NCBI GenBank assembly: GCA_964618765.1
Contig: CAZUDZ010000001.1
Coordinates: forward strand, 5,826-69,825
Source: an uncultured Candidatus Saccharibacteria bacterium
GTDB taxonomy: Bacteria > Patescibacteriota > Dojkabacteria > SC72
Direction: 5' to 3'
Length of the DNA: 64,000 nt
In this document: piece by piece, positions 26,567 through 36,300 of the stretch
How positions within the stretch are numbered: position 1 is the first letter of the stretch
How the letters are laid out: the number at the start of each line of letters is the position of its first letter
Translations under genes and position numbers: made by a program
The notes under the pieces: model-generated
Database searches by the model: none
What the model was told of the DNA's origin: nothing
The model's input: only the letters and a program-made list of their open reading frames with translations

Positions 26567-27766
26567 CTAGTATCTGGGTACTAATATAAAATAAATTAAC
26601 TCAGAGTAGTCTGTAGCAGAAGTTCTACTTGTGGAGGCTCTAGCTTTTAGGTATATACCCATTCTGCCAGTATTAATAGGTCCATCTCCATCATAGATTT
26701 TTTTAGCATCAGTAGAAACCTCTCCAACTACATTCGCACTTCCTGCATAGTTTGTCATACTAGTTATCTCTCCTAAATATGTAGAAACTTCGTAGTCAAT
26801 ATAGTAATTTTGTAAACCGAAACCTTCAGCTGCAGAAGAATCTAAGTCGATATTGGTTGATGGAATTAATTCTGTTGTGGTTGTACTGTACAACCCTCCA
26901 TTCTTTCCATACTGTATGACAGCCATCCCGCCAGAAGAGCTACTATCTACATCTAACCATATTAAACTAGAAGAAGTAACAACAGCTGCACCTCCGATCA
27001 ATTTCTCTCCTCCTGAGAAAGATACTGTGTATGGGGGAGAGGATTCTGTACTGTATCCTGTGCTAGTAGCAATATCTATATCAAAAAATAACTTTGCTAA
27101 AGCTGTCTTAGCATTTACTGAAATACTTGGATCGGATTGCGTAAAATCACCGTGTAATGCTGATGTTCTAATGTAGTAGGTGGTGTCAGGTTCTAATCCT
27201 TTAATATTGAAAGTTTCATCCTCCCAATATGTTTCGGTTCTAAAGTCATTAATATTACAGTTACTAGCTACCTTAGGTTGAAAGGTAGATGCATCGACGC
27301 ATCTGAAATCAGAAACGAAATTATCTAGAGATACCTGTATACCGTATAGGGTGTCAGAAGGGTTACTGTGGGGCTCTATCTCGAACCTTGCCTTGTCGTA
27401 ACAACCATTTCCTCCACATATCGCTACCATTCCTCCACTTAATAGCTCTGTAGGACCGGAAGTGCAGTTAGTAGATCCGTTACTACTTGTTTCAAAGCAC
27501 TGTATGGAAGGTTGTGCAGCCACAAATGCGTTAGAGGGATCTTGATCTACTCTGTAGGAAGTAGAGTAATTTCTAGGGTTTGCAGTGAGTCTTCCTACTT
27601 CCGAGAGCATCTGGAAATTACTGGATTCTAAAGTTCCTCCACCGCCAGATGTAGATACTCCAACCATTTTGAAGTTGGTTGAGTCTAATTCATATGCAAA
27701 AAGATTAGTAGTAAAAAAAAGGATAGGGAGGAAAAGGAAAGGAATTAAGATATTAGCAGATTTCAT
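26567..27766 (-). CDS. Secreted protein with FN3-like and C-terminal WxL-like domain
   Basis: Signal peptide, GLEPDTTYYIR FN3 motif, EGFGL, terminal DYSELIYFILVPRY. Confidence 0.6.
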   Translation of the reverse strand: MKSANILIPFLFLPILFFTTNLFAYELDSTNFKMVGVSTSGGGGTLESSNFQMLSEVGRLTANPRNYSTSYRVDQDPSNAFVAAQPSIQCFETSSNGSTNCTSGPTELLSGGMVAICGGNGCYDKARFEIEPHSNPSDTLYGIQVSLDNFVSDFRCVDASTFQPKVASNCNINDFRTETYWEDETFNIKGLEPDTTYYIRTSALHGDFTQSDPSISVNAKTALAKLFFDIDIATSTGYSTESSPPYTVSFSGGEKLIGGAAVVTSSSLIWLDVDSSSSGGMAVIQYGKNGGLYSTTTTELIPSTNIDLDSSAAEGFGLQNYYIDYEVSTYLGEITSMTNYAGSANVVGEVSTDAKKIYDGDGPINTGRMGIYLKARASTSRTSATDYSELIYFILVPRY

Positions 27767-27827
27767 ATGTCAATCATATTGTAAAATATGTTAATTAGTC
27801 AAATTTTGATATAATTCTAAAAGTTTT

Positions 27828-27914
27828 GGAGAGGTGCCAGAGTGGTCGAATGGGACGGTCTTGAAAACCGTTGTACAGGTTTCTGTACCGTGGGTTCGAA
27901 TCCCACCCTCTCCG
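27828..27914 (+). tRNA. tRNA-Ser(TGA), CCA not encoded
   Basis: GGAGAGG/CCTCTCC acceptor, ACGGT-CTTGAAA-ACCGT anticodon arm, long variable arm, GGTTCGAATCC T-loop. Confidence 0.97.
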
Positions 27915-28022
27915 TTTGTTCGTAATCATAATGTTAATACTTCCCTCTTAATACTCTACATTATGTACTACAAGATTGGTAAGGTGGATTTTAAATTAAC
28001 TTTAGCATAAAATACCTACACA

Positions 28023-29663
28023 ATGACATCTGAAAACAAGAAACAGAAAGACTCATTTGTAACAAGCCGATATAAACCAAAGGATAGGGATGGTGGATTT
28101 CCTTCTTCTATGCCTCGTTGGCAAAGAAGATTCTTTGAAATAATGCCAGGCCTTTTTGTTTGGACACTACTATTACTTCCAGTAATATTTGCAGTACTAA
28201 AGTTTGATATCGGAATGGTTGTATACATGTCTTTTCTTGTTATGTATTGGCTTTTTAGAACCTTCAAACTACTCATCGGGGTATATATAGGAGTAAAGAG
28301 GATGACTCTGCAGAGTAAAACTGACTGGGTTGGTGAAATTGAGAAGTTAAATTCTCCTAAACAGAAAGATTTAAGATACATATATCTCTGTCCTGTCTAC
28401 GCAGAAACATTAGAAATATTAGAACCCTCTTTTGAGAGTTGGGCAAACAGTGATATTGGTGCAGAGAAAATCGATGTAGTAGTAGCAATGGAGGAAAAGA
28501 AGAAGGATTTGCAGATTGAGAACTTTAATAAGCTTAAGAAGAAATATGGAGACAGATTTGGAAGCATGACATACTACATTCATCCTGCTGGAATAGTTGG
28601 TGAAGTGGCGGGGGTAAAAGGAGCAAATATCAATTGGGCAGCAAGGCATTTTGTAGAGAAGCTAGAGAAAGAAAACAAGAACTTAAGAAACTATCTTTTA
28701 ATAACCTGCGATTCTGATTTAAGAGCGCATCCTAAATACCTTTCTGCTGTAACATATAAATATCTAACGGTAGAAGACCCGGAGCGTACCTTCTATGCCT
28801 CTGCGATTCACTCTTTTAACAACAACATTTGGAATGTTCCTCCAATAATTAGAACTCAATCCAATATGTTAACTTTAGTAGTTTTGCATCTTTGGGTTTT
28901 TGATAGGTCATATAAATTTCCTTTCACCCAAGACAGGGTATATACAAAAGACACATTCTCTTCTTACATAGTCAATTTAAACACTTTAAAAGAGATACAG
29001 TTCTGGGATCCTGAGATTCCAAATGATGATACTGCCTTCTACTGGAACTCAATACTTAGATCAAAAGGCGAGTTTAAAAGTCAGGAGGTGTATGTTCCTA
29101 CATATAATGATGCGGTAGAAAACAAAACATTTCTTCAATCTCACGTATCTTTTTACAAACAACAGTACAGGTGGGGCTGGGGAATTATCAATTTCCCAAT
29201 ATCCTTAGCAGTAATGTTTTCTGACAAAAAGGATTTTCCTGCTTACAGAAAGATGCTCATGTTAAAAATGATGTTTGACTACCTCTGGGTACTTACAGTT
29301 GTTTTTGTTCTTACATTTGGACTGAATATAGTGGGTTGGATAAATCCTTCTTACCAATATACTGTTTTTGCATACAATCTACCAAGAATTCTCAGCTATA
29401 TATTCACTGTAGTAGTGTTTCTTAACATTCCGTTGGTTCTGTTTAGAAGAAAGATAACCCCAATCCCTAAAAATTGGAAATGGTGGAGACATATTCTAGA
29501 TTTCTTAGAGACATTTCTAATTGCTGTAAATATGTTAACTTTTGCCTTCATCCCATATATCCAAGCGATTACAGAAATGATGCTAGGTAGAACTCGCTTT
29601 AAACGCAATTTCTATGTTACGGAGAAGGTTAGAATAGAGGGAAAGGAAAAAGGAGATAGTTAA
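28023..29663 (+). CDS. Integral-membrane GT2 glycosyltransferase (processive type)
   Basis: KGANINWA, CDSD (DxD), NDD, QQYRWGWG (QxxRW), TMs at both ends. Confidence 0.85.
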   Translation: MTSENKKQKDSFVTSRYKPKDRDGGFPSSMPRWQRRFFEIMPGLFVWTLLLLPVIFAVLKFDIGMVVYMSFLVMYWLFRTFKLLIGVYIGVKRMTLQSKTDWVGEIEKLNSPKQKDLRYIYLCPVYAETLEILEPSFESWANSDIGAEKIDVVVAMEEKKKDLQIENFNKLKKKYGDRFGSMTYYIHPAGIVGEVAGVKGANINWAARHFVEKLEKENKNLRNYLLITCDSDLRAHPKYLSAVTYKYLTVEDPERTFYASAIHSFNNNIWNVPPIIRTQSNMLTLVVLHLWVFDRSYKFPFTQDRVYTKDTFSSYIVNLNTLKEIQFWDPEIPNDDTAFYWNSILRSKGEFKSQEVYVPTYNDAVENKTFLQSHVSFYKQQYRWGWGIINFPISLAVMFSDKKDFPAYRKMLMLKMMFDYLWVLTVVFVLTFGLNIVGWINPSYQYTVFAYNLPRILSYIFTVVVFLNIPLVLFRRKITPIPKNWKWWRHILDFLETFLIAVNMLTFAFIPYIQAITEMMLGRTRFKRNFYVTEKVRIEGKEKGDS

Positions 29664-29720
29664 TCTAGATTTCATATCCGTTTTGTAAAATATCTTTGAA
29701 TAAATTTAAAAGATATTATT

Positions 29721-30896
29721 ATGCTTCTAATTCTCTTTTTTCTACTACTCCTCACATCGCCCATATATGGAGATGGTTTTGATATGATAGGCAACTGTAG
29801 TTTTAATAGATACAGGCAAACTACAGCTATTTCTCTGTTCTTTCTTCCGGAGAGTGTAAGTAACGGGAATTTTGGGATCTCTTACGATACGAACTTAGTA
29901 GAGGGTACTAAAACAGAAGATGTTTGGGAAAATATTTCTCTAGGGACTTTAACAGAGAATGATTATTGGAGAAGAATACCAGGAGTTTTAGATAATGTTA
30001 GTGGGCCTCCTGGGACTGAGATAGATATCCTGTATTTCTTTCTTAACCAGACAGGTCATGCAGTAGAGGTTAGTAAAATAGCTCTCCCTTTCAGCAGGAC
30101 AAATTTAGATCAAGGTAATTGGCTAAAGCTAGCCTCTATGTATGGAAATTCTCCAATATACAGGGAGATACCAATTCCTTGGGAGCAACTTGTTCTTGGG
30201 AGGAAATCTCTTACTAAAGAGTATTCAGGTCCTGGTCTACTATACGATGGGCAGGGAGGATCAGAAGTAGTAGATTCATTGACCATCTCGGATCCGATAC
30301 TAATTAAGGATATCCAAGTAGTAAGGCAGCAAGATGGAGTTAAGATAACACTTTGGTTAGAAAATATCACAACTGAACCCTTGGAGGATATTCTTTTAGA
30401 ACATTTTAAATATGTAAAGGAAGTAACAATTCCTGCTCTTGAAGAGATAGAGGTTAGCTATCTACTTAAGGATTTTTCTGGCTCTGAGGTATTAAGGATA
30501 ACGAATCCTAATAGTGCACAGGAGTGTATAATCTATGGTAATTCATTCTCTGATTGGACTAAGACAGAAGCAATAACAGTTCTAGCATACAGAGAGGATG
30601 GTGGATGGGTAAATGGTTCATATGTACAGCCTGAGGTTGAAAGTTTCTGTATTAGGCAAATACCATATACGACAAACATCATATTAAGAGGATACGAAGA
30701 TATGTGGGATGAAACAGCTGTAAGTCAAAAAGAAGAAAAAGAGACAGCAGAAGGGGAAGCTACAGAGGAGGAGAGTAGTGTTAAAGAAGATAAGGAAGAG
30801 ATATTAGGTATATCTAGAGAGGCCTTAGATGATCAGGGGGTGCGAATAAAGAGGGATAACTTTTTACTACCTAAAACAGGCGTGGTAATATATTAG
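29721..30896 (+). CDS. Secreted hypothetical protein ending in LPKTG
   Basis: Short signal peptide, acidic linker, EILG, terminal LPKTGVVIY. Confidence 0.65.
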   Translation: MLLILFFLLLLTSPIYGDGFDMIGNCSFNRYRQTTAISLFFLPESVSNGNFGISYDTNLVEGTKTEDVWENISLGTLTENDYWRRIPGVLDNVSGPPGTEIDILYFFLNQTGHAVEVSKIALPFSRTNLDQGNWLKLASMYGNSPIYREIPIPWEQLVLGRKSLTKEYSGPGLLYDGQGGSEVVDSLTISDPILIKDIQVVRQQDGVKITLWLENITTEPLEDILLEHFKYVKEVTIPALEEIEVSYLLKDFSGSEVLRITNPNSAQECIIYGNSFSDWTKTEAITVLAYREDGGWVNGSYVQPEVESFCIRQIPYTTNIILRGYEDMWDETAVSQKEEKETAEGEATEEESSVKEDKEEILGISREALDDQGVRIKRDNFLLPKTGVVIY

Positions 30897-30897
30897 A

Positions 30898-32322
30898 ATG
30901 AAAATAGAAATAAAGGTTCCAGAATATGTACAAAAGGTAGGCAGAATTCTACTAAAAGAGGGCTATGATGCATATATCGTAGGTGGTGCTTTGAGGGATA
31001 TTGTAATAGGGAAAGAACCTCACGATTATGATTTGGCTACAAACGCTCTCCCAGATGAAATGTTAAATATGTTTCCTAAGGCTGTTTCTACTGGAGCGAA
31101 ATTCGGAACGATAGTAGTTTTAATGCAGGACAGGCATGGGGAGACACACGAAGTAGAAGTAACAACCTTCAGGAGCGAGTCTAACTATGTAGATGGTAGA
31201 TGGCCAGAGAGAGTAGATTTTGTAGAGGATATAGATAGAGATTTAGGTAGAAGAGACTTCACATTCAATGCCATGGCATTAGATCTTTCCCAATTGGATC
31301 TTAAAGGATCGGATGGACCACAGAAAGCTAACATATATGATCCATATGGAGGAATTAAGGATATTGAGAATAAGATAGTTAGGGCGGTAGGTACCCCCAT
31401 TGAGAGATTTAAAGAGGACGGGCTTAGGGCATTTAAGGCATGCAGGATGGCAGCCCAATTAGGGTTTGATATAGAGGGGGATACGCTTGAAGCAATAAAA
31501 AAGTCTACTCCAATTGCTTCTCAAGTATCTATGGAAAGGATAAGGGATGAATTTATGAAAATGCTTCTTAACTCACCAAAACCATCGGTAGGAATAGAAC
31601 TAATGAGGCAAACAGAACTTTTAAATATATTTATGCCAGAGCTATTAGAAGCTGTAGGTGTGGAACAGAAACTGTATCATGCTCACGATGTATATTGGCA
31701 TGCTCTTAAAACATGTGATGTAGCTCATGATAGTGTCAAACTTGCGGCATTACTACATGATATCGCAAAGCCCAGAACAGATATGGGGAACGGTCATTTT
31801 TACGGACATGACAAAATGGGGGCAGATATTGCTGAACAGATAATGAAGAGGATGAAGTTTTCACAAGCTGAAATAAACAGAGTGAAGATATTAATAGAGA
31901 ATCATATGTTCTACTATCCACATGTACAGGAGGACATGACTGAGGAAGAAAGAGAGAATATAGAGAAACATGAGTGGTCTGATTCTGCAGTTAGAAGATT
32001 CATACAAAGGGTAGGGGAAGAGAATATAGATGATCTTTTCAAATTAAGATTGGCTGATGCACAGTCCAATCCTTCTACAGCATTTAAGCCAGAAGAGATA
32101 ACAATACTGCAAAGAAGAATCTCAGAGGTTAGGAAACAGGATATGGCTCTTAAAATTACCGATTTAAATATAACGGGAGATGATTTAACAAACATAGGTG
32201 TGCAGAAGGGTCCTAGGATGGGTATCATATTAAACCAATTATTAGATATGGTAATAGAAGATCCACTTCTTAATAGTAAAGATAAACTGCTTGAAAAAGC
32301 AAAGGAATTGGCAACTAAATAA
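30898..32322 (+). CDS. cca: CCA tRNA nucleotidyltransferase with HD domain
   Basis: VGGALRD..DYDLAT, EVTTFR, DLGRRDFTFNAMA, EDGLR, LLHDIAKP. Confidence 0.92.
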   Translation: MKIEIKVPEYVQKVGRILLKEGYDAYIVGGALRDIVIGKEPHDYDLATNALPDEMLNMFPKAVSTGAKFGTIVVLMQDRHGETHEVEVTTFRSESNYVDGRWPERVDFVEDIDRDLGRRDFTFNAMALDLSQLDLKGSDGPQKANIYDPYGGIKDIENKIVRAVGTPIERFKEDGLRAFKACRMAAQLGFDIEGDTLEAIKKSTPIASQVSMERIRDEFMKMLLNSPKPSVGIELMRQTELLNIFMPELLEAVGVEQKLYHAHDVYWHALKTCDVAHDSVKLAALLHDIAKPRTDMGNGHFYGHDKMGADIAEQIMKRMKFSQAEINRVKILIENHMFYYPHVQEDMTEEERENIEKHEWSDSAVRRFIQRVGEENIDDLFKLRLADAQSNPSTAFKPEEITILQRRISEVRKQDMALKITDLNITGDDLTNIGVQKGPRMGIILNQLLDMVIEDPLLNSKDKLLEKAKELATK

Positions 32323-32397
32323 ATGAGCCCTTGTAAAGAGTTACTTAAATCCTCTATTATATATACATCCTAACTTAGTTAAAAGTTAACTGCTTAA

Positions 32398-33804
32398 ATG
32401 ACCATACAATTTCTAGGAGCTGCTAAAACAGTAACAGGATCATGCTTTTACATAGAAACTGATCAGACAAAATTTCTTGTAGATTGCGGAGCATTTCAAG
32501 GACCCGAAGAGATAGAGGAAAGAAACTATGAACCTTTTCCATTTAGTCCAAGTGATATAGATTTTGTATTTCTTACTCATGCCCATTTTGATCACTGTGG
32601 GAGAATTCCTCTTCTTGTAAAACAAGGTTTCAAAGGGAGGATAATATCTACTCAGCCTACGAGAGATTTAGTTAGAATAATTCTTTTAGATTCAGCTAGT
32701 CTTCAAAAAGAAGAGTACGAGAGGTGGCTAGCCAGGCCGAAAGGTTCTTCAAATTCAGAAGAAGATAAGCGTAAAAAGCCTTTGTATACGGAGGAAGATG
32801 TTGAAGAGGCTATGAAATTTTTTGAAGTATACCCATATAGCGATTCTGTTAATTTGGCTGAAGGGTGTGAATTTAGAATGAGAGATGCAGGACATATTTT
32901 GGGATCAGCAATATTTGAACTTTGGGTGAAAAATGAAGCAGGAAGGATGAGAAAGCTGGTTTTCTCAGGAGATCTAGGCCAACCTGGAGCAAGAATTGTA
33001 AAAGACCCAGACCTCATAAGAGAGGCAGATTATGTTATCTGTGAATCTACATATGGGAATAGGTTACATAAAAACAGAAATGAAACAGTCTTAGAATTCC
33101 TAACAGCTCTTAAAAGTGCTCAAAAAGTTGGAGGGAACATTTTAATACCATCTTTTGCAATAGAAAGAACTCAAGAGATACTCTATGAATTAAACCTTTT
33201 TGTAGAAAACAAGTTAATAGAGAATATTCCAGTATATTTAGACAGTCCAATGGCAGCGAAGGCAACAGAAGTATTCAAACAGTATCCTAACTTCTATGAC
33301 GAGGATGCAAAAAGATTACTCAAACAGGGAGATGACCCTTTTGAATTCCAAGGGTTTCAGAAAATAGAATCAGTAGACGAGTCCAAGAGATTAGCTGCTA
33401 AAAAGGGAGTCATAATAATAGCTGGTAGTGGGATGTGCACAGGAGGGAGAATTCTCCATCATCTTAAAAATAACATAGAAGATCCTTCAACTCATTTAAT
33501 AATTGTAGGTTACCAAGTAAAAGGGACTTTGGGAAGAAGGTTTGTAGATCAGGAGAAGGTTGTGAAGATTTTTGGGAAGGAGTACGAAAATGTTGTTAAA
33601 CTATTTACCCTTGGAGGATTCTCAGGTCATGGAGATCAAAGAGATTTAAGATATTGGTTAAGAAGTTTTGGACATACTCCTAGAAAGATATTTTTGGTAC
33701 ATGGAGATGAGGATGTTATTACCGATTTCAAAAAGGGCTTAGAGGAGGAAATCCCTACGGAAATACAAGTACCAGACCATGGAGAATTAGTTAAATTAGA
33801 GTAA
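32398..33804 (+). CDS. MBL-fold beta-CASP RNA-specificity nuclease
   Basis: GAA.TVTGS, THAHFDHCG, AGHILGS, FSGDLG, ESTYG, AGSGMC.GGR, FSGHGD, HG. Confidence 0.92.
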   Translation: MTIQFLGAAKTVTGSCFYIETDQTKFLVDCGAFQGPEEIEERNYEPFPFSPSDIDFVFLTHAHFDHCGRIPLLVKQGFKGRIISTQPTRDLVRIILLDSASLQKEEYERWLARPKGSSNSEEDKRKKPLYTEEDVEEAMKFFEVYPYSDSVNLAEGCEFRMRDAGHILGSAIFELWVKNEAGRMRKLVFSGDLGQPGARIVKDPDLIREADYVICESTYGNRLHKNRNETVLEFLTALKSAQKVGGNILIPSFAIERTQEILYELNLFVENKLIENIPVYLDSPMAAKATEVFKQYPNFYDEDAKRLLKQGDDPFEFQGFQKIESVDESKRLAAKKGVIIIAGSGMCTGGRILHHLKNNIEDPSTHLIIVGYQVKGTLGRRFVDQEKVVKIFGKEYENVVKLFTLGGFSGHGDQRDLRYWLRSFGHTPRKIFLVHGDEDVITDFKKGLEEEIPTEIQVPDHGELVKLE

Positions 33805-33822
33805 TTGTTTTAGACACAACCT

Positions 33823-34770
33823 ATGGATAAATATCCAGAGATAGAGAAAATATATAATGATATAAAAGATTTGAACATTCAGGGTGCTACCAATGTTGCA
33901 ATCGCAACATTCGAAGGAATGAATCTGTATGAAGAAATAAGTAAACAGGAGGAGAAAGAGCTGTTTTACAAAGAGTTCTTTGAGGTAGGGGACAAGCTTT
34001 CTCATGCTAGGGTAAATGAGCCTCTAGCTACAAATGGTGTTAAATATGTGAAATACTCTTTTGATAAAAAATATTCCGTTTTACCAGAGTTAGCAACCAT
34101 GAAACGAGAGTTAGTGAAGCTCTCTGAGGATTTTCTTGATATTATCGGACAATCTAAGAAGGATCTGATAGATAAATCATGGAGGTTCTTCTCTAACTAC
34201 AACAAGATATTTACTCACTGTCACTCTTCTACCGCTGTATCATTAATTAAATCAATTTCTAAAAACAAGCCTAAATTCGAAGCAGTTTGTACAGAGACAA
34301 GACCAAAACTACAAGGGAGAATCACAGCTAAGAGTTTACTTGAGGCCAAAATTAAAACTACCCTCATTGTAGATAATGCTGGAGAATCATTCATCATAAA
34401 TAGAGGTACTGTTCCAGTAGAGATAATTTTCATCGGTTGTGATCAGATTACTTTACAAGGTCATGCCATTAACAAGATAGGTAGCTGGGGATTAGGAATG
34501 GCTGCACATTTTGCAGACAAACCGTTCTATGTAGTTACACCTTTTCTTAAACTTGATGTAGACTCTTATCATGGCAGTGTAGAGATTGAAGTGAGAGAAA
34601 ACGATGAACTATGGAAGGATGCTCCAAAGGGATTGAATATGCATAATCCTGCATTTGAAGTTGTAGATAAGGCATTGATTACTGGTTATGTAACAGAGTT
34701 GGGGATTATAAGGGCAGATGATATTAAAAAAACAGCTAAAGAGCACTATCCTTGGCTGTTTACTACTTAA
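33823..34770 (+). CDS. Ribose-1,5-bisphosphate isomerase (eIF2B-like)
   Basis: IQGA, THCHSST (catalytic Cys), ETRPKLQG, GCD (catalytic Asp), NKIG, NPAF; adjacent to AMP phosphorylase. Confidence 0.85.
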   Translation: MDKYPEIEKIYNDIKDLNIQGATNVAIATFEGMNLYEEISKQEEKELFYKEFFEVGDKLSHARVNEPLATNGVKYVKYSFDKKYSVLPELATMKRELVKLSEDFLDIIGQSKKDLIDKSWRFFSNYNKIFTHCHSSTAVSLIKSISKNKPKFEAVCTETRPKLQGRITAKSLLEAKIKTTLIVDNAGESFIINRGTVPVEIIFIGCDQITLQGHAINKIGSWGLGMAAHFADKPFYVVTPFLKLDVDSYHGSVEIEVRENDELWKDAPKGLNMHNPAFEVVDKALITGYVTELGIIRADDIKKTAKEHYPWLFTT

Positions 34771-34788
34771 GTTGTGTAATAAATTAAT

Positions 34789-36300
34789 ATGGCTTTCTAT
34801 TTAAGAAGTAAAAATTTAGATTTGGGAGAAGATAGTGATTTGAATATTGTTTTAAATCGTAAAGATGCAGAAAGATTAGGAGTAAGGGAGGGGGAGATTG
34901 CTCTTGTTGGCTTAGGAGAGGTAGAACTGCATGTTAATGTAATGGAAACAGACTCGAATGTTGCTGAGGGTGAAATCGGTCTTTTCGAAGAAATATGGAA
35001 GGAGTACAGAATAGAGAGTGGATCTTCTGTTTTTGTGGATATACCTAATCCTACGGAATCTTTAGGATTAATAAGTAAGAAGCTATTAGGACACAATCTT
35101 AAGGAAGAGGAATTGAAATTGATCATGAAGGACATAGGAAGTCGGAAGTTAAGGGAAACAGAGATAGCTTTTTTCATTTCAACATTCTTTAACCCTGGAT
35201 TTAATGATGATGAAATATATTGGATGACCAAGGGAATGGCAGGCTCTGGTGATATTCTAGACTTTAAGGGCATAAGGGGGAATGGTCATTTAGTAGCGGA
35301 CAAACACTCCATTGGGGGAGTAGCAGGAAAAGCAATAACACCAACCTTGGTCCCAATATTAGTCTCTGGAGGATTGATAGTTCCTAATACTTCTACCAGA
35401 GCAATAACCTCTCCTGCTGGGACATCAGATATTTTGGAAGTAGTAATGCCCGTAGCACTGTCTAAAGAGAAAGTAATGGAAGTGGTCAAGCAAACAGGAG
35501 GGTGTATGTTCTGGGGTGGTTCTTTAGATCTTTCTCCTGCAGATGATGTAATTATTAATGTTGAACGATCTTTAAGAATACAGGAATTCCAAAAGGTTCT
35601 AGTTAGTATCGTTGCTAAGAAAATCTCAATGGGTGTTACCCATATCCTCATAGATTTGCCATATGGAAAAGGTTCTAAGATAGAGAGAGTAGATGATGTC
35701 CAGATGTTAGACAGGGAGTTTAAGAAACTATTCAAGAAATTCAACATCCATTGTGAAACGATCAAGAGAGTTATTAAAGGTCCTGATGGGAGAAGCATTG
35801 GACCAAACATGGAGATTAAAGAGGCTCTGAAGATTTTGGAAGGAGATCAGGGTAAGTCTCAGGAGTTAGAGGACTCCGTCATAGAGATGGCGACTCGGTT
35901 GTTTGAAGGAACAAAAACAGTTGAGAGAGGGCAGGGTAAGAAATTTGCACAAGAAATTTTAAGCTCAGGGAAAGCTTTGGATAAATTCTGGGAGATAGCT
36001 TTTGCTCAGGGGGCAATTAAAAGGGTTAATTCATCTGAGATAAAGTCTGGGAATTTACAGTATGATGTTATTTCAGATCGAAATGGAGTGGTAAAATCGT
36101 TGGATAATACTGGATTGGTGAGTATTGCGAAGGCATTAGGTAACCCTAAGATAAAGGAGGCAGGAATATATATGCATAAAGTGCAGGGTGAACAGGTTAG
36201 CAAGGGTGATGTTTTAATAACACTGTATGCCACAACAGAGGCTAGACTAGGAAGTGCGAAGGAGATTTTAGATATAAATAAACTATATACTTTTAAATAG
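34789..36300 (+). CDS. AMP/NMP phosphorylase (archaeal-type thymidine phosphorylase family)
   Basis: Extra N-terminal beta-barrel, DKHSIGGVAG, TSTRAITSPAGTSD, WGG.LDLSPADD, AGI. Confidence 0.9.
   Translation: MAFYLRSKNLDLGEDSDLNIVLNRKDAERLGVREGEIALVGLGEVELHVNVMETDSNVAEGEIGLFEEIWKEYRIESGSSVFVDIPNPTESLGLISKKLLGHNLKEEELKLIMKDIGSRKLRETEIAFFISTFFNPGFNDDEIYWMTKGMAGSGDILDFKGIRGNGHLVADKHSIGGVAGKAITPTLVPILVSGGLIVPNTSTRAITSPAGTSDILEVVMPVALSKEKVMEVVKQTGGCMFWGGSLDLSPADDVIINVERSLRIQEFQKVLVSIVAKKISMGVTHILIDLPYGKGSKIERVDDVQMLDREFKKLFKKFNIHCETIKRVIKGPDGRSIGPNMEIKEALKILEGDQGKSQELEDSVIEMATRLFEGTKTVERGQGKKFAQEILSSGKALDKFWEIAFAQGAIKRVNSSEIKSGNLQYDVISDRNGVVKSLDNTGLVSIAKALGNPKIKEAGIYMHKVQGEQVSKGDVLITLYATTEARLGSAKEILDINKLYTFK

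Noticed and set aside
27828-27914. tRNA-Ser (and tRNA-Leu at 50468) as island integration sites
   Set aside because: No duplicated tRNA 3' ends or neighbouring integrase were noticed, and composition is unchanged
33823-34770. Methylthioribose-1-phosphate isomerase (MtnA) or eIF2B subunit
   Set aside because: The THCHSST/NKIG pattern and adjacency to AMP phosphorylase favour R15P isomerase
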